In this document: positions 49,901 through 50,720 of the stretch, piece after piece | Layout of the letters: each line of letters begins with the position of its first letter | Position numbering within the stretch: the stretch's first letter is position 1 | Origin: Saprolegnia diclina VS20 | Lineage: Eukaryota | Assembly (NCBI RefSeq): GCF_000281045.1 | Contig: NW_008246068.1 | Coordinates: forward strand, 316,547-367,266 | Length of the DNA stretch: 50,720 nt | Direction: 5' to 3' | Made by a program: the position numbers and the translations under genes | The notes under the pieces: model-generated | Seen by the model: only the letters and a program-made list of their open reading frames with translations | What the model was told of the DNA's origin: nothing | Databases searched by the model: none

Positions 49901-50060
49901 TCGCCGATGCCAAGCGGAGATGGAGGAGGACGTTCGGGTTCAGGCTCGCGGGCAGTGTATCGTTCTCAAGCGTAGACTGCGCGATCTCCGCGTCGCGCTC
50001 TTGCTGCAGCATGAGGCGCGTCGCGTCGAGCCACCGCTCGAGGCTCATGGTCGGGCGCAT
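46943..50060 (-). CDS. IGHMBP2: SF1 Upf1-like helicase SMUBP-2/IGHMBP2 (Hcs1-like) with a C-terminal AN1 zinc finger; multi-exon
   Basis: TGLFGRT; LIHGPPGTGKTTT; CAPSNIAVDN; IIDEAAQALE; LAGDHLQLPPT; QYRMH; ITPYNAQV; SVDGFQGCEKEAV; RRMNVAITRAK; AN1 finger CTFGSC..CKFC..FCYTHGLPEVHGC. Confidence 0.95.
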
Positions 50061-50720
50061 TGTCGCTCTGCGGTCGCGATGGGCTTCGAACTACGATGTA
50101 AACTTCGATCGAAGCACCGCTCCCTCGAACAACGCTCGTTCCGCGCTGCTTTCTCAACGGAAGAAACCCCGGGAGATATGGGACTGCGTCACACGACTCG
50201 AGCGTTCGAGTCCCTTGTCCAATCAAGTTGGCTCTTACGTCGGCTGTGCCCTTGAAGTAATTGATATATTTTAACACTATTAAATATTCTATATTTCGTT
50301 TTTTTTAGTCCAGAATTTTTGGGCTACTGGGTTGCTTAGTGCGCCCTGCAACGGACTGGAATGCTGACGTGAGTTCAATTCCCACAATAGCGTGAATTTA
50401 TGCATTTTTTTTCCCTGGAAAACGGTTTTTGGCGGCCTTGCTAGCTCCATGTTGGCATTTCTGTGAACGGAGGGAGCTTCTTAAGCGAGTAGTGAGCGGT
50501 TAGTTTGTCGTCACGCTCGATGTATGACCAAGGAAGTGATTTGCATACTTTTCATCGTCGTGAACGTACGACATGTAGTACCTGTTGAAGGTATGGTGGC
50601 GTCCTCGGGATTGGGCAAGACGCTCAGCACCCGTTTTAGCCCAAGACGTTGGCGTCGAAGTAGGCAGCCGGACGATTGTTTGCCTGTTGTGTGGGATCGG
50701 ACCAGCTCTTTCATCCGTCG

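Overview
Gene-dense eukaryotic DNA: GC-rich exons, many ~40-55 nt GT..AG introns that mostly end in TAG, and TCATTTT Inr-like motifs and CCAAT boxes upstream of several genes. These features and the gene content point to an oomycete, probably Saprolegniales (inference). About 21 protein-coding genes can be reconstructed by hand. Four paralog families are interleaved: three kinesin-12/KIF15-like motors, four intronless HRDLSLEN-type Ser/Thr kinases, three ankyrin-PH-like-RING (XBAT34/35-like) E3 ligases, and two members of an uncharacterised family. Single genes include an LRR receptor-like TKL kinase, an AAAP amino-acid transporter, a Cys-rich single-pass membrane protein, ALG6, a BAH-ELM2 chromatin protein, an S6K-like AGC kinase and an IGHMBP2-like SF1 helicase. 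No rRNA, tRNA, CRISPR array or recognisable transposon was seen. The most notable observations are: (1) a stalk-less kinesin with a C-terminal tail anchor and a possible LC8-binding motif; (2) a degenerate copy of the unknown family carrying a Pol II CTD-like heptad array; (3) one-LRR-per-exon symmetric phase-2 modules in the receptor kinase; (4) PT/SAP motifs next to the RING in all three E3 ligases; (5) a Tudor-like insertion inside ELM2. Spliced gene boundaries were worked out manually and are approximate, and no database search was run.
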